From: an uncultured bacterium
Lineage (GTDB): Bacteria > Armatimonadota > Abditibacteriia > Abditibacteriales > Abditibacteriaceae
Length of the DNA stretch: 64,000 nt
Assembly (NCBI GenBank): GCA_963843795.1
Contig: CAWJLW010000006.1
Span: forward strand, 1,116,001 to 1,180,000
Direction of reading: 5' to 3'
Part shown: positions 9,100-17,867 of the stretch, piece after piece
How the letters are laid out: every line of letters starts with the position of its first letter
How positions within the stretch are numbered: the first letter of the stretch is position 1
The notes under the pieces: generated by a model
Told to the model about the DNA's origin: nothing
The model's database searches: none
The model's input: only the letters and a program-made list of their open reading frames with translations
Translations under genes and position numbers: made by a program

Positions 9100-10641
9100 G
9101 TGAAACGCGCTTTAATCAGTGTGTCGGACAAGTCGGGCGTGATCGAATTTGCGCGCGAATTGAAGAACTTAGAATGGGAAATTCTCTCGACGGGCGGAAC
9201 CGCCAAAGCCTTGCGCGAAGCGGGCGTCGAAACAATTGACGTGTCGCAAGTGACCAATTTTCCCGAAATGATGGATGGTCGCGTCAAAACGCTGCATCCC
9301 GCGATTCATGGCGCGCTTTTGGCGCGCCGCGATGTGCCCGAACATTTGATGGCACTGGAAGACCACAATATCGCCCAAATTGATCTGGTGTGCGTGAATT
9401 TGTATCCATTTGAATCGACAATTGCGCGCGCCGACGTGACGCCCGAAGAAGCGATTGAAAACATCGACATTGGCGGCCCTTCGATGATTCGCTCGGCTGC
9501 TAAAAATTTCGCGTCCGTGACCGTTGTTGTTGATGCCAGCGACTACGCGCAAGTACTTGCCGAACTGCAAAACGGCGCGACCAAGCCCGAAACGCGACAA
9601 AAATTGGCTGTCAAAGCCTACGCGCATACCGCGTCTTACGATGCCGCGATTACTAAATATCTCAGTGGCGCTTTATTGCCGCAATCTTTACCTTTGGCGT
9701 TTGAAAAAGCCCAAGATTTGCGATACGGCGAGAATCCGCATCAGCGTGCCGCATTTTATCGCGAGCGCAATGCGCCGCGCGGCACTTTGGCGACTGCGAA
9801 GCAGTTGCACGGAATCGCGCTTTCGTTCGTGAATTTATTCGACTTGGATGGCGCGTGGAATTTGGTCTGCGAATTTGAAGCGCCCGCCGCGTGTATCGTT
9901 AAACACGCCAATCCGTGCGGCTGCGCGGTCGCAGGCACGCTCAGCGAAGCGTTTGCCAAAGCGCGCGACGCCGACCCGATTTCCCGCTTCGGCGGCATTA
10001 TCGGTTTGAACCGCATTGTCGATGTGAAAACAGCCGAAGAAATTATCGTCAAAGGTTCTCTGTATCACGCGATTATCGCGCCTGAATACGAACCTGCCGC
10101 GCTGCAATTACTGAAAGAGCGTTCAGGCTGGGGCGAAGATTTGCGCATTCTGGAAACCGGCATCGCGCTGCGTGGCGAAGGCTCGAACTTAGATTTAAAG
10201 CGCGTTTCGGGCGGACTTTTGGTGCAAGATACCGACGTGCGCGAACTGAGTGCTGACGAACTGAAAGTCGTCACACAACGCCAGCCCAGCGAAAGCGAAA
10301 TCCAAGATTTGATGTTCGCGTGGCAGTGCGTGAAACACGTCAAAAGCAACGCGATTACCGTTGCCAAAGGTGGGTCGCTTTTGGGCGTGGGCGCAGGACA
10401 AATGAACCGTGTCAATAGTGTAGAATTGGCCTTAAAACAAGCGGGCGAAAACGCGCAAGATGGCGTCCTCGCTTCCGACGCATTTTTTCCCTTTGATGAC
10501 GGCCCGGCGGCGGCGGCCAAAGCGGGCATCAAAGCGATTATTCAACCCGGTGGCAGCAACCGCGACGCCGATTCCATCGCGCTATGCGACCGCGAAGGTT
10601 TGGCAATGGTTTTCACCGGCGTGCGCCATTTCAAGCATTGA
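9100..10641 (+). CDS. purH: bifunctional AICAR transformylase/IMP cyclohydrolase
   Basis: RALISVSDK, GRVKTLHP, IDIGGPSMIRSAAKN, LRYGENPHQ, ASDAFFPF, FTGVRHFKH. Confidence 0.97.
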   Translation: MKRALISVSDKSGVIEFARELKNLEWEILSTGGTAKALREAGVETIDVSQVTNFPEMMDGRVKTLHPAIHGALLARRDVPEHLMALEDHNIAQIDLVCVNLYPFESTIARADVTPEEAIENIDIGGPSMIRSAAKNFASVTVVVDASDYAQVLAELQNGATKPETRQKLAVKAYAHTASYDAAITKYLSGALLPQSLPLAFEKAQDLRYGENPHQRAAFYRERNAPRGTLATAKQLHGIALSFVNLFDLDGAWNLVCEFEAPAACIVKHANPCGCAVAGTLSEAFAKARDADPISRFGGIIGLNRIVDVKTAEEIIVKGSLYHAIIAPEYEPAALQLLKERSGWGEDLRILETGIALRGEGSNLDLKRVSGGLLVQDTDVRELSADELKVVTQRQPSESEIQDLMFAWQCVKHVKSNAITVAKGGSLLGVGAGQMNRVNSVELALKQAGENAQDGVLASDAFFPFDDGPAAAAKAGIKAIIQPGGSNRDADSIALCDREGLAMVFTGVRHFKH

Positions 10642-10660
10642 TTGAAAATTGAACCGAATA

Positions 10661-10692
10661 AAAGCTCGCTGCAAGTACTTGCAGCGAGCTTT
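10661..10692. terminator. 32-bp perfect palindrome centred on the iterated motif, between convergent genes
   Basis: AAAGCTCGCTGCAAGT|ACTTGCAGCGAGCTTT. Confidence 0.8.
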
Positions 10693-10695
10693 GTA

Positions 10696-11100
10696 TCAAT
10701 CTTCACTGATTGACCAATGATGAATCAAATCAATGTGCATTTGAATATCTTTCACTTCACGATGGTGCAGATTATCATTTACGAACGCGATTAGGATTGC
10801 GACAATCGAATGTGCCAGCGCGCTGTCGGCGCGCACAAACGCGACGTTTTCATCTTCTGTATTAGTCGCACCAAAGCATAAGCGACCCAGAAACTTATCG
10901 AAACAGATCGAGTATTGTTGCGCTTTGGCATCCTCCAAAACGGCGAAAACTGTTCCACCTTGTAAACCGCCGTCACGATAACGATTCCATTCGATAATTT
11001 CAACGGGAAATGTCGGCGGAATCGGCCAATCATCAATGCGTGCAAATCCCGGAACTGAATTGTCCAGCATAAAACTCTCCGTTATGTACTTATTCGACAA
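10696..11100 (-). CDS. hypothetical protein (AT-richer orphan; start may be ATG 11070)
   Basis: 134-aa ORF filling the gap between two palindromic hairpins; no family recognised. Confidence 0.55.
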   Translation of the reverse strand: MSNKYITESFMLDNSVPGFARIDDWPIPPTFPVEIIEWNRYRDGGLQGGTVFAVLEDAKAQQYSICFDKFLGRLCFGATNTEDENVAFVRADSALAHSIVAILIAFVNDNLHHREVKDIQMHIDLIHHWSISED

Positions 11101-11123
11101 TTAACGTCTTAATTTTATATCGC

Positions 11124-11157
11124 AAAAGCGCGCTGTAAGTACTTGCAGCGCGCTTTT
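11124..11157. repeat. 34-bp palindrome with one mismatch in the iterated motif
   Basis: AAAAGCGCGCTGTAAGT|ACTTGCAGCGCGCTTTT. Confidence 0.8.
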
Positions 11158-11166
11158 TGCGTTTGT

Positions 11167-11193
11167 GAAATCGAAACTTAACATAGGCGCAAC
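11167..11193 (+). promoter_or_regulatory. GlnR-box-like 11-bp-periodic repeat upstream of the sigma-factor gene
   Basis: GAAAT-n6-TTAAC-n6-GCAAC. Confidence 0.4.
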
Positions 11194-11226
11194 TTCCTTC
11201 TAATGCGCGTCATGTAATCTCAAGGC

Positions 11227-12378
11227 GTGACGATCAAAGCTGGAGATTTTGCCGCGCAAGCTGCATCGTTTGTCGCTTCTCCGCTCGAAGCGCTAGAACC
11301 TTTGGAGATTCTGGTGATGCGGGCGCAAAACGGCGAACACGATGCCGTCGAAAATTTGCTGCAACGCTTTCGACCGCTTCTGCGCGCGCGAATGCACTGG
11401 TTGTGGTCGATGTTGCGAGAAGATTTGCACGGCGCGGAATGGGACGATGTCGAAGCCCAAATTCAGCTTTTGTTCCTTTCGCGGCTGGAAAGTTTCCGGC
11501 CCGACGATGGCGTTTTCTTTCCTTATTACATCGCGCGTTTTCTCGATTTCGATGCGCGCGATTGGTTACGCCGACAGCGGCGCGCTCATGCTGTGCCGTT
11601 TTCTCAACTGATCAGCGCGCACGAAGAATCGGATGATTTAGATTGGTGGCTGGGCACGCAGGACGAAGAAATTGATCTCACACCGCGCATCGACGATGTG
11701 ATGTCTCTTCGCACCGCGCTCGGCAAACTCACGCCCGCGCAAAACGAAGCCATCACGCTGTGTTACGCGCGCGGCCTGACCGAACAGGAAGCCGCCAAAA
11801 CGCTGGGCGTTTCGCGTTCGGCAGTGCGCAACCGCTTGCAGAGCGCGATTCACACACTGCGCGAATTTTTCGGGCAAAACGACGAAGCCGACCCGGAACC
11901 CGCGTGTGTGGGCGAGCATATCACGCGCACCGGACGACATAGCGAGAAGTTGCCGCTTCCGATGGCGGAATGGATACGATGGAGAACCAATATGGCCAAA
12001 GATGAAAAGCGCCCCGACTTAATTGGCATCGGCGCTGGCAAAACCGTACTTTTGCAGGGCGTTTATGATTTTCCCGCGACCGGGCTGAAAACGCCGCAGC
12101 TCTTATCGCCGCGACTGCGTTATGTGGTTCCTCGCGGGCAGGTCGTCGGCATTCGATTTTTGCGCGTCGGGGTTTCGTGCAACGCGATGTCGTGCATTTC
12201 AACCGTCGTCAATGGAATGCCGCACCGCCTGATTCCAATGGCCGCCAACAGTTCGATGCACGTTCCATTCGCGATTGTTGAGCCAATTGTGGCGGGTAGC
12301 GAAATCGAAATTCATATCGCTTCAGACCAGGCGGGCACAGCAATTATTGATGTCGGCTGCTTGGAAATGCCAGCTTGA
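11227..12378 (+). CDS. sigma-70 family RNA polymerase sigma factor with ~128-aa C-terminal beta-rich domain
   Basis: region 2-like LVMRAQNGEHDAVENLLQRFRPLL...FPYY...DWLRRQRR; region 4 HTH LTPAQNEAITLCYARGLTEQEAAKTLGVSRSAVRNRL. Confidence 0.85.
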   Translation: MTIKAGDFAAQAASFVASPLEALEPLEILVMRAQNGEHDAVENLLQRFRPLLRARMHWLWSMLREDLHGAEWDDVEAQIQLLFLSRLESFRPDDGVFFPYYIARFLDFDARDWLRRQRRAHAVPFSQLISAHEESDDLDWWLGTQDEEIDLTPRIDDVMSLRTALGKLTPAQNEAITLCYARGLTEQEAAKTLGVSRSAVRNRLQSAIHTLREFFGQNDEADPEPACVGEHITRTGRHSEKLPLPMAEWIRWRTNMAKDEKRPDLIGIGAGKTVLLQGVYDFPATGLKTPQLLSPRLRYVVPRGQVVGIRFLRVGVSCNAMSCISTVVNGMPHRLIPMAANSSMHVPFAIVEPIVAGSEIEIHIASDQAGTAIIDVGCLEMPA

Positions 12379-12397
12379 TTTGAAATTTTCCTGACCG

Positions 12398-12427
12398 AAG
12401 CGTCCTGCAAGTACTTGCAGGACGCTT
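12398..12427 (+). terminator. 30-bp perfect palindrome centred on the iterated motif, with T tail
   Basis: AAGCGTCCTGCAAGT|ACTTGCAGGACGCTT followed by TTGTTGTTTTT. Confidence 0.8.
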
Positions 12428-12498
12428 TTGTTGTTTTTGCAGAGAGACAATAACATTGTTGCGATTAAATTCAATAATCGAATTGTTCTGGCAATGAA

Positions 12499-12536
12499 TT
12501 AACGAAGCGGAAACACAAAGTTCACTCGAAATAAAT
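12499..12536 (+). promoter_or_regulatory. GlnR-box-like 11-bp-periodic repeat upstream of nrtA
   Basis: TTAAC-n6-GAAAC-n6-TTCAC-n6-TAAAT. Confidence 0.5.
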
Positions 12537-12647
12537 CTGCACGCGACCGTCCAAGAAACTTGCGCGCGCTAATTTAATAGGTATGACGTTCGCGTTTTGG
12601 TTTGACAGGCGCGAAATTTTTTCTTACTGATTTGAATTGGAGCTATT

Positions 12648-13973
12648 ATGAGCATGACGCGACGGGAATTATTACGAGAATTAATGTGTGCTGGATTAAC
12701 CTTAACCGCCGCGACCAGCATTTTAAGCGGCTGCGGTAGCAGCGCTTCGACTGGCAGCGACGGAACCAAATCCGCGAGTTCGGTTGGTTCTTCGGGCGGT
12801 TCCGATAAGCCGATTCGCATCGGTTTCATTCCCCTGACCGATTGCGCCAGCGTCGCGATGGCTCTGGAACTTGGCCTGTATAAAAAGCATGGGTTGAACA
12901 ATGTGACTGTTGAAAAGCAGGCGAACTGGGCGGTTTTGCGCGACAAACTTTCCGGCGGCGAATTGGAGGCCGCGCACTGTTTGTTCGGAATGCCGTTTTC
13001 TCTGGCTTCTGGTGTCAGCAAAGTTAAAGGCGACCCGCTGAAAATCGCCATGACGCTTTCCAATAACGGACAAACCACGACGCTTGGCACCAAGGCTTTT
13101 GCCGGAGTGGGTTATGCCGATTATCCGGCTTTGAAACGGGCGATTGAAACATTGCGCAAAACCAAAGAGCCGACATTTGCCATGACTTATCCGGGCGGCA
13201 CGCACGATTTGTGGATGCACCTGAGTTTGGCCACAGCGGGCGTCGATCCGGCCAGCGTGAAAATCAAAGTGATTCCGCCGCCGCAAATGGTGGCGAACAT
13301 GATGGCCAACAATATGGACGGCTTCAATGTTGGCGAGCCTTGGGGTGGCAAAGCGGTGGCTGATAATGTCGGTCAATTGTTTGTCGCGACGCAGGATTTA
13401 TGGACGAACCATCCGGAAAAAGTGCTGGCGACCAATACAACCTTCGCCAAAGAGCGCCGCGCCGATTTGAAAAAAGTAATGATGGCGGTTTTGGAAGCCT
13501 CGCAATGGCTGGACGACGAGGCCAAATTCGTCGAGCATCGCAAAGAAACCGCGCAGAAAACCGGCACTGCGGTTTATGTCAACGCCAAGCCAAATGTCAT
13601 TGAGGAGCGCTTGATCGGCACCTATCAAACCAACACTTCGCCAGCCGTCGAAACTTTCAAGGACGATACGATGCTGTTCTATCGCGGCGGAGAAGTCAAT
13701 GCGCCGCGTTTGGGATACGGCGTGTGGTTTCTCACGCAATATATGCGCTTTAATATGCTGAAAAGCGCGCCCGATTATCAGACAATTGCCAAAGATGTGA
13801 TTCTGAGCGAATTGTACAAAGAAGTCGCGGACGAAATGAAAATTCCGATTCCCGACGATGATATGAAACCTTTCATGGTGAAAGCCGATGGTTTCGAATT
13901 CGACCCGAACAAGCCTGAAGAAGCGCTGAAAATCTACGCGGCCAATTTTCAAAAAGCCAGCAAAATGGCGTGA
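12648..13973 (+). CDS. nrtA: nitrate ABC transporter substrate-binding lipoprotein (CmpA/NrtA family)
   Basis: Tat-like TRRELL plus lipobox LSGC; IGFIPLTDCA, FAMTYPGGTHDLW, PPPQMVANM, VGEPW, HPEK. Confidence 0.9.
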   Translation: MSMTRRELLRELMCAGLTLTAATSILSGCGSSASTGSDGTKSASSVGSSGGSDKPIRIGFIPLTDCASVAMALELGLYKKHGLNNVTVEKQANWAVLRDKLSGGELEAAHCLFGMPFSLASGVSKVKGDPLKIAMTLSNNGQTTTLGTKAFAGVGYADYPALKRAIETLRKTKEPTFAMTYPGGTHDLWMHLSLATAGVDPASVKIKVIPPPQMVANMMANNMDGFNVGEPWGGKAVADNVGQLFVATQDLWTNHPEKVLATNTTFAKERRADLKKVMMAVLEASQWLDDEAKFVEHRKETAQKTGTAVYVNAKPNVIEERLIGTYQTNTSPAVETFKDDTMLFYRGGEVNAPRLGYGVWFLTQYMRFNMLKSAPDYQTIAKDVILSELYKEVADEMKIPIPDDDMKPFMVKADGFEFDPNKPEEALKIYAANFQKASKMA

Positions 13974-14082
13974 AACCAATTTTTAACTCCAAATTTTTCA
14001 TCCGACCTTTCGCATTGTCTCTCGCAAGTACTTGCGGGGCACATTGCGGGCAATTGCCTGAGATTCACAAAGAGAGAATGTT

Positions 14083-14988
14083 ATGAACGAAGTGCAAACC
14101 ATGCCGCGCGATGCGGCCATCGTGGACGTTTCCGAACTGCCAGCCGGCAGAGAATTGGGCGCTGGCGAAACCGCAAATATCGAAGCATCTACAGCCGACA
14201 AGATGCGCTCTGGTGCGATTGGAATAGTCAAAGATATGCTGTGGAGCTTGGCCTCGCTGACGATTCTGCTGACGATGTGGACACTGGTTTCCTTCACCAT
14301 CGGCCAAGATCTGCCCACGCCGCTGACCGCTTTTTCCAAGTTGGCCGAACTGCTTCATAACCCGCTGGGCACTGATGAAAACGGCCCGCGCATCGGGCTT
14401 CAATTGTGGGCTTCGATTGGACGCGTTTTGACCGGCTTCGCGCTGGGTTCAATTGTCGCGGTGCCGCTGGGGATTTTGATGGGCGCCAGCCCGATTTGTA
14501 AGCGCTTGTTCGATCCGATTGTACAAATCCTGCGACCGGTTTCGCCCTTAGTCTGGTTTCCGCTTTCGCTTGTCACTTTCAAAGCCCTCGGCGGCGTTTC
14601 GACCGCAACCTTATTCACGATATTTATCACCAGTTTGTGGCCAACGCTTATTAACACCGCGTTTGGCGTCGGCAGTTTGCCCGACGACTACAAGAACGTG
14701 GCGCGCGTCTTTCAATTTTCCAAAGGCCGTTATTTGCGTCGCATTCTACTGCCCTATGCCATCCCGCATATTCTCACCGGTTTGCGCTTGAGCATGGGCA
14801 TCGCGTGGCTGGTCATCGTGGCTGCCGAGATGCTGTCGGGCGATATGGGAATCGGTTTTTTTGCGTGGGAAAGCTACAATGCCGGCTCTTACGATCAGAT
14901 GGTGGCTTCGGTTGTTTTGATCGGAATCGTTGGGCTGATTATAGACCGCGTTTTTGACCGTATGCTGAAGAAATTTGATTACTCGTGA
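14083..14988 (+). CDS. nrtB: nitrate ABC transporter permease
   Basis: DPIVQILRPVSPLVWFPL, WPTLINTAFGV, ILTGLRLSMGIAWLVIVAAEML. Confidence 0.92.
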   Translation: MNEVQTMPRDAAIVDVSELPAGRELGAGETANIEASTADKMRSGAIGIVKDMLWSLASLTILLTMWTLVSFTIGQDLPTPLTAFSKLAELLHNPLGTDENGPRIGLQLWASIGRVLTGFALGSIVAVPLGILMGASPICKRLFDPIVQILRPVSPLVWFPLSLVTFKALGGVSTATLFTIFITSLWPTLINTAFGVGSLPDDYKNVARVFQFSKGRYLRRILLPYAIPHILTGLRLSMGIAWLVIVAAEMLSGDMGIGFFAWESYNAGSYDQMVASVVLIGIVGLIIDRVFDRMLKKFDYS

Positions 14989-15046
14989 ATTTTGGTGCCG
15001 CAAGTACTTGCCACCCACAGCGCGTTGTTTTGAACGACTCACTATT

Positions 15047-16966
15047 ATGAAAATTACCATTGAAATTCGCGGTGTCAGCAAAGTGTTCAATACCGAGCAC
15101 GGTCACCACGTCGTTTTGAAAGACGTTGACCTTGATATTCGGCAGGGCGAATTCGTTTCGTTCATTGGCCATTCGGGTTGCGGAAAATCGACGCTTTTGA
15201 ACTTGATTGGGGGGCTGACCGAAATTTCGAGCGGCAGCTTAGAAGTCAACGGCAAAGCTGTCAACGGGCCAGGTTTGGATCGCGCGATGGTGTTTCAAAA
15301 CTATTCGCTTTTGCCCTGGCTCAGTGTGCGCGAGAATATTCGTGAAGTCATCGATGCCGCGCAACCCACAATGAGCGAAAGCGAAAAAAGCGCTATTGCC
15401 GACCGCTTTTTAGGCGCGGTGAAATTGAGTGCGCACGCCGAGAAAAAGCCCGCGCAGCTTTCGGGCGGTATGAAACAGCGCGTGGCGATTGCGCGCGCTT
15501 TCGCCGTGCATCCCAAAATCTTAATTTTAGATGAACCTTTTGGCGCTTTGGATGCGCTGACCAAGGGTGCGCTGCACGATACGTTGAGCGCGCTGTGGCA
15601 AAGCGATGATTCACAGGTCGAGACGGTGTTGATGGTGACGCACGACATCGACGAAGCGATTTATCTTTCCGACCGCATTGTCGTTATGAGCAACGGCCCA
15701 GCCTCGAAGATTAGCGAAATTTTCGAGGTGAACCTGCCACGTCCGCGCGATAAGCGCGCGATGACCAAAACGCGTGAAGCCGTCGCGCTTAAAGCGCGCC
15801 TGATGGAAAAGCTCAACGCTGGTCATGCCATGAGCCACGGCGGTTCGCGCGACAAAGGAAAAATTCGCTGCGGCTTCGTGCCCTTAATCGATTGCGCGCC
15901 CTTAGTGATGGCGCACGAGCTGGGCTTTTTTCGTAAGGCCGGACTTAACGTTGAACTGCGCAAGCAACCGTCGTGGGCCGCAGTGCGCGACAAAACTTTA
16001 AGCGGCGAATTGCAACTTTCGCAATGTTTGTTCTCGCTGCCGCTTTCGGTCGTGGCTGGCGTCACCGAGCCGCGCTGCGAACTATTGAAAATCGTGATGA
16101 ATTTATCATCGAACGGGCAAGCGATTGTCTTGAGCCGCGCTTTTGAAAGTGTGGAAGCTCACGATGCCAAAGCTTTGAAAAATCGCATCGATGCGATTCT
16201 CAGCCAAGGTCATCGCCCGACTTTCGCCATGACTTATGCTGGTGGCACGCACGACATCTGGCTACGCTTGAGTTTGCTGGCTGCAGGGATTGATTTGAAG
16301 CAAGTTGATTTCGTGGCCTTGCCGCCGCCGCAGATGGTGATGAGTTTGAAAAACGGCACGATTGATGGTTTTTCGGCTGGCGAACCGTGGCCCGCTTTGG
16401 CGCTACAAGATGGCAAGGGCGTTTATTATGCGCGTTCGGGCGACCTGTGGCGCAATCATCCCGAAAAAGTATTGGTCGCCAATTCCGCCTTTGCGCAGAC
16501 GCGCGCCGATGATCTCAAGCTTGTGATTCGCGCGGTTTTGGAAGCTGCGCAGTGGCTCGAGCGCCCCGACAATCGCGCGCAGGCCGTGCAAGTACTTGCG
16601 AGCAGTTTTTATCTGGATAAAGACGCCAATTTGCTGGAAAGCGTGTGGAAGGAAAGCAATTTCAAATTCTGCGATCACGGCGCGCTCAACCTGCCGCAAC
16701 GTGCGCACGCGCAATGGTTTTTGGAGGCGTTTCTGCGTTGCGGACTGTTGGCAAATGCGCCCGATAAAAGCATCGTCGATAGTGTAATTCTGCAAGCACC
16801 CTATCGCGACGTGGCGCGCGGCATGGGGTGGAATGTGCCCGCCGAATCGAGCAATAGCGCCGCTTTGAAAGCGGCACAAAGTTTCGCTGGTGCCTTCGAT
16901 AGCGCATCGTTTGAACAAGCTCTATCGAAAGACAAGACCCTGAACGCAGAGGTGATGAGCGGATGA
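15047..16966 (+). CDS. nrtC: nitrate ABC transporter ATPase with C-terminal NrtA-like domain
   Basis: GHSGCGKST, LSGGMKQR, DEPFGALD, then GFVPLIDCAP...FAMTYAGGTHDIW...GEPW...HPEK; start moved to ATG 15047. Confidence 0.9.
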   Translation: MKITIEIRGVSKVFNTEHGHHVVLKDVDLDIRQGEFVSFIGHSGCGKSTLLNLIGGLTEISSGSLEVNGKAVNGPGLDRAMVFQNYSLLPWLSVRENIREVIDAAQPTMSESEKSAIADRFLGAVKLSAHAEKKPAQLSGGMKQRVAIARAFAVHPKILILDEPFGALDALTKGALHDTLSALWQSDDSQVETVLMVTHDIDEAIYLSDRIVVMSNGPASKISEIFEVNLPRPRDKRAMTKTREAVALKARLMEKLNAGHAMSHGGSRDKGKIRCGFVPLIDCAPLVMAHELGFFRKAGLNVELRKQPSWAAVRDKTLSGELQLSQCLFSLPLSVVAGVTEPRCELLKIVMNLSSNGQAIVLSRAFESVEAHDAKALKNRIDAILSQGHRPTFAMTYAGGTHDIWLRLSLLAAGIDLKQVDFVALPPPQMVMSLKNGTIDGFSAGEPWPALALQDGKGVYYARSGDLWRNHPEKVLVANSAFAQTRADDLKLVIRAVLEAAQWLERPDNRAQAVQVLASSFYLDKDANLLESVWKESNFKFCDHGALNLPQRAHAQWFLEAFLRCGLLANAPDKSIVDSVILQAPYRDVARGMGWNVPAESSNSAALKAAQSFAGAFDSASFEQALSKDKTLNAEVMSG

Positions 16967-17772
16967 TTCCTTTTTTGCAAGTCGAAGAAGTCAGCAAAAG
17001 TTTCCCGACGCCCAAAGGTGAATACGTCGCAGTGCGCGACGTTTCGTTCGATATTCGGCGCGGTGAATTCGTTTCGTTCATCGGTCATTCCGGCTGCGGG
17101 AAATCGACGCTTTTGAACATGGTTGCCGGAATGGAAATGCCCACGCAAGGCCGCATCGCTATCGAAGGCCGCGCTGTTGTCGGGCCGGGCGCCGACCGCG
17201 CGATGGTGTTTCAAAATTACTCACTTTTGCCTTGGCTTTCTGTCCGCCAGAACGTGTATCAGGCGGTTGACGCCGTCATGGAAAAGCACCTGGTGTTCAA
17301 AGAACGCCGCGAACTGGCCGACGATTTTCTCGATATGGTCGGCTTGTGGGATCACCGCGACAAAATGCCGATGCAGCTTTCGGGCGGTATGAAACAACGC
17401 GTGGCGATTGCACGCGCCTTCGCTATCAAACCCGATGTGCTAATCATGGACGAACCGTTCGGCGCTTTGGATGCGCTGACCAAAGGCGCGCTACACGAAG
17501 AACTGCTGCGCATCTGGCGCGATGAAGGCGGTCGCAAGCAAACGATTTTGATGGTGACGCACGACATCGACGAAGCGATTTATCTTTCCGACCGCGTGGT
17601 GGTAATGAGCAATGGCCCCGCCGCCAACATCGCGGAAATTCTCGATGTCAAAATTCCGCGTCCGCGCGATAAACGCGACGTGATTTTGCTCGATGAATAT
17701 GTACGCGTAAAAAATCGTCTTATCGAACTGCTGGAAGACACGTTCGGCCACGAAACCGAATTGGCGGCTTGA
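16963..17772 (+). CDS. nrtD: nitrate ABC transporter ATP-binding protein
   Basis: Walker A/B motifs and signature; 4-bp ATGA overlap with nrtC. Confidence 0.9.
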   Translation: MIPFLQVEEVSKSFPTPKGEYVAVRDVSFDIRRGEFVSFIGHSGCGKSTLLNMVAGMEMPTQGRIAIEGRAVVGPGADRAMVFQNYSLLPWLSVRQNVYQAVDAVMEKHLVFKERRELADDFLDMVGLWDHRDKMPMQLSGGMKQRVAIARAFAIKPDVLIMDEPFGALDALTKGALHEELLRIWRDEGGRKQTILMVTHDIDEAIYLSDRVVVMSNGPAANIAEILDVKIPRPRDKRDVILLDEYVRVKNRLIELLEDTFGHETELAA

Positions 17773-17867
17773 TATCGTCAAATTTTTGCTTGATCGTAGC
17801 TTGCAAGTAGTTGCAAATCTACGCAAGTTGTCACACAGCGCATAACTCACTTTACAAGGAAAATTTC

